IMG/VR virus record: IMGVR_UViG_3300032286_000925 | Span: 1-64,000 of that record | Origin: a virus | Length of the DNA: 64,000 nucleotides | Strand: one strand, 5' to 3' | In this document: in pieces, positions 47,083 through 54,161 of the stretch | Position numbering within the stretch: the stretch's first letter is position 1 | Layout of the letters: every line of letters begins with the position of its first letter | Notes under the pieces: generated by a model | Seen by the model: the letters and a program-made list of their open reading frames with translations, nothing else | Told to the model about the DNA's origin: nothing | Database searches by the model: none | Made by a program: the position numbers and the translations under genes

Positions 47083-47278
47083 TTTCGTGCCAATCTCTAT
47101 CCATTTTTGTCTGGCTACCAAATGTCAAAGCAACCATAAGCATAGATACAAGTATAACAAACGGTTGAAAATACCACCAGTTCACCCCGGTACCAGACGA
47201 CACAATACTTGCGATTGTCTCGTGATACCCAAACCAAAACAAAAAGGCAAACAAAGCATCTTTATTTATTTTTCCCAT
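47075..47278 (-). CDS. Small membrane protein
   Basis: Hydrophobic; coupled ORF chain. Confidence 0.55.
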   Translation of the reverse strand: MGKINKDALFAFLFWFGYHETIASIVSSGTGVNWWYFQPFVILVSMLMVALTFGSQTKMDRDWHEND

Positions 47279-47413
47279 GCGCACACGCTTTCTGAGTGAC
47301 TTCCACTCAAATCTTGATAAGTAACAACACCACACTTGTAGTGCTGAATTGCATACATTAATCCAATAAGACTAATGAATATTACCATAGTAGTGATTAC
47401 CATCTTAGCCTCA

Positions 47414-47623
47414 CTACTCACCTTCACCCACACCCTCACACATCTGAATAGCAGTCTCTTCCCCAGCGTCTTTATATTGTTCCCAACAGGAGACAGGGGT
47501 AGGAGTAGGTGCCGGATTCTGCTTTCCCTTAAGCAAGAAGAATCCATAAGCTAAGCACCCAAGCATTGCAACAACAATTAGCGCAAATGCAGCAATCTCT
47601 TTTTTAGTTATCTCTTCATTCAT
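47414..47623 (-). CDS. Small membrane protein
   Basis: AAGGAG before MNEE; one TM segment. Confidence 0.65.
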   Translation of the reverse strand: MNEEITKKEIAAFALIVVAMLGCLAYGFFLLKGKQNPAPTPTPVSCWEQYKDAGEETAIQMCEGVGEGE

Positions 47624-47843
47624 TAGATTCTCCTTTAATAAGTTCAACAGCCTCGCAAAAACAATAGCCAAGTTGATTATGCCCACCATCCAAAGTGCAT
47701 TTGCTATTCTCTGCTAGCAGTTTGATGATGCGATTACGTTCTTCTGTTTTAATAAAGCTTTCATATGAAGCTTGCTGTTGACGAACAATTCCTCGTCTAA
47801 TATCAATAGCTTCTTGCTCCGGGTCATGCGGGTAGTCATTCAT
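47616..47843 (-). CDS. Hypothetical protein (ER.RII.L family)
   Basis: Paralogous motif shared with 47836, 48027 and 50671. Confidence 0.7.
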   Translation of the reverse strand: MNDYPHDPEQEAIDIRRGIVRQQQASYESFIKTEERNRIIKLLAENSKCTLDGGHNQLGYCFCEAVELIKGESNE

Positions 47844-48027
47844 TCGTCTCTCCTTTGATAAGGTCAATAGCAGTCTCAAGACCGTCTAGGTACTCACGGT
47901 CAACAAGCATTGGATTGCTTACTCTTTCAATCTCTGCCTTTAGCAGTTCAATAATGCGTTCACGCTCACGCTCAACAGCACGAGCTCTACCCTTTAGGGA
48001 ATCCTCTACTGTAATCCATTTACTCAT
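47836..48027 (-). CDS. Hypothetical protein (ERERIIELL...AIDLIKGE)
   Basis: Translationally coupled; paralog of its neighbours. Confidence 0.75.
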   Translation of the reverse strand: MSKWITVEDSLKGRARAVERERERIIELLKAEIERVSNPMLVDREYLDGLETAIDLIKGETNE

Positions 48028-48224
48028 TACGTCATTCTTTCTATTAGTTCGATATGCTCACGAACAGCTCTACAACGAGCATGGGTCCGCATTATTTTTG
48101 CATTTCTGCAGTATTCATAGTCACACGCAAGGTTATTAAGTGCCTCAATGATTCGAGTACGTTCCTCACGTCGACCAACTTCTTCTCCAGCCATCCAGAT
48201 GATTCTAGCCTCTTCATCATCCAT
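48027..48224 (-). CDS. Hypothetical protein (ER.RIIE family)
   Basis: Translationally coupled. Confidence 0.7.
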   Translation of the reverse strand: MDDEEARIIWMAGEEVGRREERTRIIEALNNLACDYEYCRNAKIMRTHARCRAVREHIELIERMT

Positions 48225-48225
48225 A

Positions 48226-48834
48226 CTACTCCGCTACCTCCAATGAGTCAATAGCATCTTGCAGAATAGCAAGACCAGTCTCTGGGTGTACGCAGTTACG
48301 CAAAATCTGTCTTTTGTTGGAGAGTTTGTACTTACTTAGGTCTATACCATGAAGTTTTTGTAGCCCTGGAATCTGTAAATCTCTCAGGTTCTCTACAACC
48401 TTAGGTAACTCATTAATAGTAAAACTTGCCCAGTAAAGGTGCCTGTTTATCTTCTGAGGGTCCATCATTGCAGGATAGTAAGGAACAACATTCTCTACAA
48501 CCCATAAAGCTTTTGAGTGATACTTCAAGAACACAATCTCTTCATAAAGAGTCATGTCTGGATACTTAGGCTCAGTGCCACGGAATCTTACACCAATGTT
48601 GTATCTAAAAGACGAGTGGCTTTGACAGGGAGGAGAAGACCAAATAAAGTCAAACTCTTCATGGTGCTCCAATAAGAACTGATGCGCATCCCCCACAACT
48701 ACGGTGTCATTTGGGTACAAGTCTGCATAGACAGCAGCTATATCGGGGTTGTACTCAACAGCAGTGACTTCATGCTCGTCACCCCAAAGTCTTCGGTTGC
48801 CACCAATACCAGCGTATAAGTTTAAAATCTTCAT
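48226..48834 (-). CDS. C5-cytosine DNA methyltransferase
   Basis: LYAGIGG, SPPCQ, ENV. Confidence 0.92.
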   Translation of the reverse strand: MKILNLYAGIGGNRRLWGDEHEVTAVEYNPDIAAVYADLYPNDTVVVGDAHQFLLEHHEEFDFIWSSPPCQSHSSFRYNIGVRFRGTEPKYPDMTLYEEIVFLKYHSKALWVVENVVPYYPAMMDPQKINRHLYWASFTINELPKVVENLRDLQIPGLQKLHGIDLSKYKLSNKRQILRNCVHPETGLAILQDAIDSLEVAE

Positions 48835-48841
48835 AAGTTCC

Positions 48842-49045
48842 TTAATAAACTATGTTCGGTTCTTCGAGCACACCGTGACGTTTTCTAGCAGCCATACACC
48901 CAGCCTCCCAAAGATGTCTAGCGTATTGGCCGTTAACCCCACCACTCCAAAGCTCAATGTTTTTAGTTCCATCTGCATTTCTTGCAAGGTTTTTCTTAGG
49001 AACCTCAAGATTACAGTTTGCACAGATGTAGTTATCAGTAGACAA
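48842..49045 (-). CDS. Hypothetical protein; C-terminus EEPNIVY
   Basis: Coupled ORF chain. Confidence 0.7.
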   Translation of the reverse strand: MSTDNYICANCNLEVPKKNLARNADGTKNIELWSGGVNGQYARHLWEAGCMAARKRHGVLEEPNIVY

Positions 49046-49322
49046 TGTCTGGCTCTTCTCTAGGTGCTAATCCAGATTCTTTAATCCAACGCTCAGCAAG
49101 GTCTACCTGAACCCCTTGGGTCAAAGTCAGGAAGTCAGTACTACCATCAAGAACGTTGTTATTAAAAAGGTGAATAAGTATTCTAGCATTTGAATAAGGG
49201 TCTCCAGGACCATCCTTCTTACTCTCCCATAGGTTCCTGTCATAGCTAGGAATACTGTAGTAGTTAGTGAGTCTGTACTTAAAGACTCCAGAATGCGAGA
49301 CTTCTACTTCATTAATAGACAA
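49035..49322 (-). CDS. Hypothetical protein; C-terminus EEPDIVY
   Basis: Coupled ORF chain. Confidence 0.7.
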   Translation of the reverse strand: MSINEVEVSHSGVFKYRLTNYYSIPSYDRNLWESKKDGPGDPYSNARILIHLFNNNVLDGSTDFLTLTQGVQVDLAERWIKESGLAPREEPDIVY

Positions 49323-49605
49323 TGTTCCCCTCTTCCTTGTTCAACACTATCAGTTCCGATTGCTTATACCAAGCACTGGATAAATATAACTTTTCGGGCC
49401 CAGTAAGGGCATCAAATGCCATCTGATCCATACCAAACAAAGCAGACCTAAACATATGCACTAAGAGTATCTTTTTATCCTCTTCTAGAGCATTTTGATA
49501 CCTATCTTGATTAGTAGTGCTAAGGCTAAAGAAGTTAGTGCAATCAAGAGTTTTACCTTTATACTTCATTCTCACTCTAGTAAACAACATCTGGCTCCTC
49601 ACCAT
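49312..49605 (-). CDS. Hypothetical protein; C-terminus EEGNIVY (start probably at the internal Met)
   Basis: Coupled ORF chain. Confidence 0.7.
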   Translation of the reverse strand: MVRSQMLFTRVRMKYKGKTLDCTNFFSLSTTNQDRYQNALEEDKKILLVHMFRSALFGMDQMAFDALTGPEKLYLSSAWYKQSELIVLNKEEGNIVY

Positions 49606-49759
49606 CCCAAAGACTCGGTCTTATCCCAGCCTTCTTAACTTCATCCAAAAACGTATTCAAATGCTCTAAGCTACAAAAATCTCCCCAATGCGTAGTTGGG
49701 TACTTAGGCATATTACTGGCAATAGTTTCGCCACATTCGTTGCAAATAGGTTCTTTCAT
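49577..49759 (-). CDS. Zn-finger-like protein; C-terminus EEPDVVY
   Basis: CNEC...FCS..H. Confidence 0.7.
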   Translation of the reverse strand: MKEPICNECGETIASNMPKYPTTHWGDFCSLEHLNTFLDEVKKAGIRPSLWDGEEPDVVY

Positions 49760-49798
49760 ACTCTAACCTTACCGACGTCGACGACATTTGTCAACTTC

Positions 49799-49993
49799 TT
49801 AATAGACAATATCTTCTTCTTCTGCATTATCAAAAGCTAGCTCACACTGCCCGGAACAGACAGCCACAGTGTCCTCTGGAAAAGTGTCCCAATCGTACTC
49901 AGACAACCACCTAGCACAGAACCCACAGCGAATCCGCTTAATGTCCCAACTAAGGTCTTTGCTAACAAAACTCTTTCTAGTTCTACGAAACAT
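49799..49993 (-). CDS. Zn-finger-like protein; C-terminus EEEDIVY
   Basis: CGFC...CS..C. Confidence 0.7.
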   Translation of the reverse strand: MFRRTRKSFVSKDLSWDIKRIRCGFCARWLSEYDWDTFPEDTVAVCSGQCELAFDNAEEEDIVY

Positions 49994-50125
49994 TTTTAAT
50001 CTTTCTTTGAGCTCTTTTAGCCTGTTCGTACAGACGCTTCTTTTGCATCTGGCGATTGAAGCGAATCTCTTTCATGAGTTTTTCATATTCTTCATTTGTC
50101 ATTTGTCATTCTTTCTTTATGGACG

Positions 50126-50199
50126 TCGAGGATGTCGGACTTGAACCGACGACCGAACGATTATGAGTCGTTTGCTCTAACCTGCTGAGCTAATCCTCG
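50126..50199 (-). tRNA. tRNA with CAT anticodon (elongator Met or Ile2)
   Basis: Full cloverleaf: acceptor CGAGGAT/ATCCTCG, D stem GCTC/GAGC, AACGA-CTCATAA-TCGTT, T loop TTCAAGT; no encoded CCA. Confidence 0.92.
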
Positions 50200-50537
50200 C
50201 TTATAAGCCACTCTATCAGTTCTGGATTATCTCGCATAACCATAATCAACGAGTTCTCCCATACACCAATAAAATAATGCTCCCAAGCTTCAAAATCATC
50301 CGATTTCTTTGGCTTGACAGAGTTATCAAAAATCATCCTAGCTGCGTGGAGGACTTCGTGCATAACAGTCACTTTCTTCTTGCTTACATGCATCTGAGAG
50401 TCTATCACGATGATATTCTGTGTGTCAATAGTATAACCATAACTACCGTCATTTAACATACCATCTTGCTTTTGGGTACGCTCGATGATCTCGAAGACTT
50501 GCACTCCGATTTTAACGCTTTTAGGGAACTCAGCCAT
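50190..50537 (-). CDS. Phage HExxH metallopeptidase-like protein
   Basis: TVMHEVLHA; GGAGG RBS. Confidence 0.8.
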   Translation of the reverse strand: MAEFPKSVKIGVQVFEIIERTQKQDGMLNDGSYGYTIDTQNIIVIDSQMHVSKKKVTVMHEVLHAARMIFDNSVKPKKSDDFEAWEHYFIGVWENSLIMVMRDNPELIEWLISED

Positions 50538-50670
50538 TTCTCCTCCACCTACATTTTACTACAGGTAAACACAGGGCACAATGAAGGAGTTATATAATAA
50601 TGTATCACTTTTGTACACACATATTTTAGAGGGGGCGTATAACTTTAAAACTAAGTTTATACAAGATTTT

Positions 50671-50940
50671 TTAGAAAACCTGGTCTTTATCCAGTAGATT
50701 GATTAAATCAGTTGCTGTAAGAAAAACTTCATCAAATACTAGATTTCCCTCAGAATCTAAGTGCTGGAGACTATTCTCCAAGATTAGTTGCTTAATCCTG
50801 TCTCTCTCAAACCTGATGCCTATTTCAGCTCCAGCCATCATTCCATTATCAAAAGCTTCTTCAGTCGACCACCAAAAAAGCCAACCTATAAACTTTTTAA
50901 CTAAATAATTAGACTTCATTTCCCCAAACATCCCAGCCAC
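50671..50940 (-). CDS. Hypothetical protein (ER.RI family)
   Basis: Translationally coupled to the MT-A70 gene. Confidence 0.6.
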   Translation of the reverse strand: MAGMFGEMKSNYLVKKFIGWLFWWSTEEAFDNGMMAGAEIGIRFERDRIKQLILENSLQHLDSEGNLVFDEVFLTATDLINLLDKDQVF

Positions 50941-51463
50941 TCATCGGCCTACGAGCAAACATTTCAAGTTTTGATTGGTCTGGGTACAGACGCTCAATCC
51001 TTCGGTGGATTTCGTCTGGCTTCCTCGAGTGCTCCATCTTTGCAGCAAGAACCACATGGGGAACACCCTCGTCCGCAAGGGGTAGGGGTCGGCCCTTGGT
51101 AACGTTTGAAGCAACAATAACAAACTCCGTTGTCGGTTTTACGATGCTCGGGCGGACGCCTTGCGCGCCGATTGGAGTTAGGCCGTCCTTGCGAGTCTTC
51201 ACCCATGTAAATGCAACTCCTCTATATGTAAGTCCCCATGCTCGGAGAAGATCGATGGCAAAGTCCAGACGAGGTGAAGTTACCCACATGAATACAACGC
51301 CCGGCTTGTTTAAGACACTTTGTATATCCATCGCTATCAAATCTTCATCTGACATGGTTGGGTAGAACTTTGCAGCGGCACCCATTTTGTCCTGAGCACC
51401 ATAGTAAGACCATGGCGGATCCATCAGGATAACGTCATACTTCTTATCTGGAAGTGATGTCAT
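50909..51463 (-). CDS. MT-A70-family N6-adenine methyltransferase
   Basis: YDVILMDPPW, FMWVT, FTWVK, HSRKP, LEMFAR..GWDVWGNE. Confidence 0.93.
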   Translation of the reverse strand: MTSLPDKKYDVILMDPPWSYYGAQDKMGAAAKFYPTMSDEDLIAMDIQSVLNKPGVVFMWVTSPRLDFAIDLLRAWGLTYRGVAFTWVKTRKDGLTPIGAQGVRPSIVKPTTEFVIVASNVTKGRPLPLADEGVPHVVLAAKMEHSRKPDEIHRRIERLYPDQSKLEMFARRPMSGWDVWGNEV

Positions 51464-51667
51464 GTTGTATTTTTTGTCTCCGTAATAAGGGGGATTATAG
51501 AGACAGTCTACACCACATATTGATAATTAATTTGGAAGACCTAGTACTGACTTTCCCCAAGTTTGGACCTTGGTTCCAGAGGTTCCCACTTACATTTCTG
51601 TAAGTCGTCTCAAGCATTTCTGCTCTGCTGGTTGGTCTTGTGGACTCAGCAGTAAAGAGCCTATAGA

Positions 51668-51741
51668 GTGACCCTGTAGGAGTCGAACCTACGACCTGTG
51701 CGATCTAATTGCACCGCTCTTGCCAACTGAGCTAAGGGGCC
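51668..51741 (-). tRNA. Atypical tRNA or pseudo-tRNA; apparent anticodon TAG (Leu) on a short-variable-loop body
   Basis: Canonical D and T arms (GTAGG-TTCGACT-CCTAC); mismatches in the acceptor stem and at 31-39. Confidence 0.7.
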
Positions 51742-51761
51742 AACCAGATGCGCTCTGGCGG

Positions 51762-51903
51762 GCGGTCTACATTTTCTTGCGACGGCGAAACACACCAGTG
51801 GACTGTGTAGATTTGCACTACCGACTACTACTTCCGCGTCGACTCGTAGCACCTTGGCTACGCCAGTCCTTAGAGATTCCGTTGCCTAGGACGGGTAGAC
51901 CGC
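51762..51903 (-). ncRNA. Putative structured RNA closed by a 9-bp stem
   Basis: GCGGTCTAC/GTAGACCGC closing stem; internal hairpins GTCCT/AGGAC, CGTAGC/GCTACG and GTAG-TGCAAAT-CTAC. Confidence 0.55.
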
Positions 51904-51927
51904 TTTACGCTCTTTTGTCTACAAGCG

Positions 51928-52010
51928 TGGACTGCGAGGAATCGCACCTCGGAAACTCCTTACGAAGCACCTCTAGCTAATTTATCCATGGTAGTCAATT
52001 AGCACAGCCC
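51928..52010 (-). ncRNA. tRNA-like RNA with non-canonical core
   Basis: Acceptor-like GGGCTG/CAGTCC-A, T-like arm CGAGG-TGCGATT-CCTCG, GCTAATT/AATTAGC arm, CTTC-GTAA-GGAG arm. Confidence 0.6.
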
Positions 52011-52147
52011 TAATCAGTAAGTCCCGTAGGAAGGCTACTTCGCCCAGTAATCTGGGTATTCCCGGGTGCGGTTTACTGAGTTGCAACTACTCCCAAAGAC
52101 GAAACAGTGGGCGGAGTTATCTACGCCTAGTTGCCATAACGTAGCAG

Positions 52148-52490
52148 TGGAGATGCGGGGAATCGAACCCCGGTCCAGTTAAGGATCTATTGTTCTTCTA
52201 CAAGCTTAGGTAGTTTATGTTACGGCTTAGATGTGTGACCTACCAGACCATCTAGTCGTTACCACTCTTTAAAGTCTTGTGGGAGAGACTTTTGTTTTGT
52301 CCTACTTATTTAAAACCTGACTGCCCACCTAGAACTAGTGCTTTGTCAGGGGCCTAAGCGTTGCGATTAAATCACGCGGCTAGAGCGTATGCAGATGTAT
52401 TAGCATTTATTGTTTTGACAGATTCAAGAGATACTGTCATCTCTGCTTGCTTCACCAATTTCAGAATAACTGTCGAAACCAGTCATCCCC
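52148..52490 (-). ncRNA. ssrA: tmRNA with tag peptide (A)ANTSAYALAA
   Basis: 5' GGGGATGACTGGTTTCGAC; 3' GGTTCGATTCCCCGCATCTCCA; ATAAAT precedes gct-aat-aca-tct-gca-tac-gct-cta-gcc-gcg-tga. Confidence 0.95.
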
Positions 52491-52759
52491 TCAATATTTA
52501 GTTATAAGTAAATTATAAGGCTAATCTACCTTGTTTACAAGCTTACGCTTGATTTTATCAAAAATCTTAGGACGTTTTTTAGACGCCTTACCATTCTGTC
52601 TTCCAGAACTTTTTACTTCCGAGACTGGCTTTCCGCCAGGCTTACCTTTTGCCATTTAATCTCCTTTGTTGAATATAAATATATTAGCAGATAATTTTGT
52701 GTTGCGCAACTCAATATAATTCATTATAATGGAACTACGTCTAAACATAAGGAGACAAA

Positions 52760-53233
52760 ATGACAACTAATCTGGTAGAAGAATACTCAGAAAAAATAGA
52801 GCCACTATTAGAGCTGGCAAAGAAAGCCTACGGCTCTAGAAGCACTGCATCCCCACAACATGACGCATCTAGAAAGTACACCGATTTGCTGGTCGAGTAT
52901 TATGGCAAAGGCGGAAGCTTGTTAGATTTAGCTAGCAAACTAAAAGTAACTTATGCAGGCATGCGTAGAAGAATTATTACCTCTGAACTTCCATCTACAA
53001 AAAAGAGAACTAGAAGTAAAGCTACCGTAGTAGATGTTTCTACCGCTGCCGAGATGTTAAAAACACTCCAACAAACAGGACATACAGAAGAATATCACAA
53101 CGCTGTTTATAGAGTGTATGAAGAGCAAGGTATATCCTTAGGTAAGTTAGCAAAAGCAATGGGACTAAGTTCATCAAACCCTCTCTACTATGCAGTAGCT
53201 AAAGCTAGAATAGCAAAATCTGAACTAGTTTAA
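52760..53233 (+). CDS. Putative DNA-binding protein with two HTH-like segments
   Basis: SL.DLA..L.VTYAG.RRR and SL..LAKAMGL; AAGGAG RBS. Confidence 0.75.
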   Translation: MTTNLVEEYSEKIEPLLELAKKAYGSRSTASPQHDASRKYTDLLVEYYGKGGSLLDLASKLKVTYAGMRRRIITSELPSTKKRTRSKATVVDVSTAAEMLKTLQQTGHTEEYHNAVYRVYEEQGISLGKLAKAMGLSSSNPLYYAVAKARIAKSELV

Positions 53234-53240
53234 GGTTAAT

Positions 53241-53276
53241 AAAAAAGCCCCTGATTTCTCAGGGGCCTTTTTATTT
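53241..53276. terminator. Bidirectional terminator
   Basis: AAAAAAGCCCCTGA-TTTC-TCAGGGGCCTTTTT. Confidence 0.8.
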
Positions 53277-53282
53277 ATTCAG

Positions 53283-53552
53283 TTATTCGCCTTTAGATGT
53301 TTTTTTGGTTTCAGCCAAAGCTGCCTCAGCTGAACTAGCAAACGCAATGTTAATTTCATCAGAGTCTAGTTTGCCATCTACAACATAAGCACGAGCCAAA
53401 GACTCCGCAACTTCCATGATTCCAACAAAAGCAGCAATCAAAGCGGACTTCCATAGCTCGACGCCACCAATAGAACCAGCCGCTAAAACGGCACTGACTT
53501 TTAGAATTACAAGAGCAATTGTTCTTTTAAAGATTGTTAATACGAGTTTCAT
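53283..53552 (-). CDS. Membrane protein (holin-like), paralog of 42498..42794
   Basis: Shared AGS..GV....SA and DGKL..EIN.AF. Confidence 0.75.
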   Translation of the reverse strand: MKLVLTIFKRTIALVILKVSAVLAAGSIGGVELWKSALIAAFVGIMEVAESLARAYVVDGKLDSDEINIAFASSAEAALAETKKTSKGE

Positions 53553-53609
53553 AATTTCTTCCAGGAGTAGGTAGGTTAATGCTTCTCTCTCCCAAGAACT
53601 ACTTCAATT

Positions 53610-53936
53610 CTACCGCTTTATTCTAACTTCTATTTGACTAAGGGTAGTTCCCGATTTAATAGCTCTTCTAATGGATTTTCTCTCGGAGTCCGTGGTCCCA
53701 CCCCAAATACCCATCTCATTGTTCTCAACAGCATAAACTAGACAGCGCATCATATAAGGACACTCTCTACATACAGCTTTTGCACCGGCTTCATTATAAT
53801 ACTTGCTAGTCCCAGCTCCACCAGCAAAATCATTTAAATCCACTGGATAAAATGCATCAGGGTCAACTTCAGCGCAAGGCGCTACACCAAACTCACCAAA
53901 ATCGGGGTAGTTCTCTATATTTAAATTAAAAATCAT
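53610..53936 (-). CDS. whiB: WhiB-family Fe-S transcription factor
   Basis: C...DPDAFYP...AK.VC..CP....CL..A.....GIWGGT...ER. Confidence 0.93.
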   Translation of the reverse strand: MIFNLNIENYPDFGEFGVAPCAEVDPDAFYPVDLNDFAGGAGTSKYYNEAGAKAVCRECPYMMRCLVYAVENNEMGIWGGTTDSERKSIRRAIKSGTTLSQIEVRIKR

Positions 53937-53958
53937 TTGTCATTCCGTATCTATTTAA

Positions 53959-54156
53959 TTATCCTCTTTTAGCACTAAAACCTATACCATTAAAAATAAT
54001 AGGTGGAGCACCAAAGATCCTTAGTAGTTTACCACCACAGCCTTCAATTTTGCAAATTGGATCTTCCGGAGTGGGATCATTCATTAAACGAGTTTCCTCA
54101 TATTCATGATTTTTATCTTCAGGGTGGTCAGAGCATTTGTATTGGTATGTAGGCAT
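53959..54156 (-). CDS. FmdB-family zinc-ribbon protein
   Basis: MPTYQYKC...C..CGG.L.R.F....I.F.G.GF. Confidence 0.85.
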   Translation of the reverse strand: MPTYQYKCSDHPEDKNHEYEETRLMNDPTPEDPICKIEGCGGKLLRIFGAPPIIFNGIGFSAKRG

Positions 54157-54161
54157 TTAAA

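Noticed and set aside
48842-49993. IVY tail as a proteasome HbYX motif
   Set aside because: Tyr is the terminal residue here, not the penultimate one, so it does not fit HbYX/GQYL.
51540-51660. Hammerhead ribozyme
   Set aside because: CTGCTGA-stem-CAAC does not match the required CUGANGA...GAAA core.
51760-52140. RNase P RNA
   Set aside because: The conserved GAGGAAAGUCC and matching 3' P4 sequences were not found.
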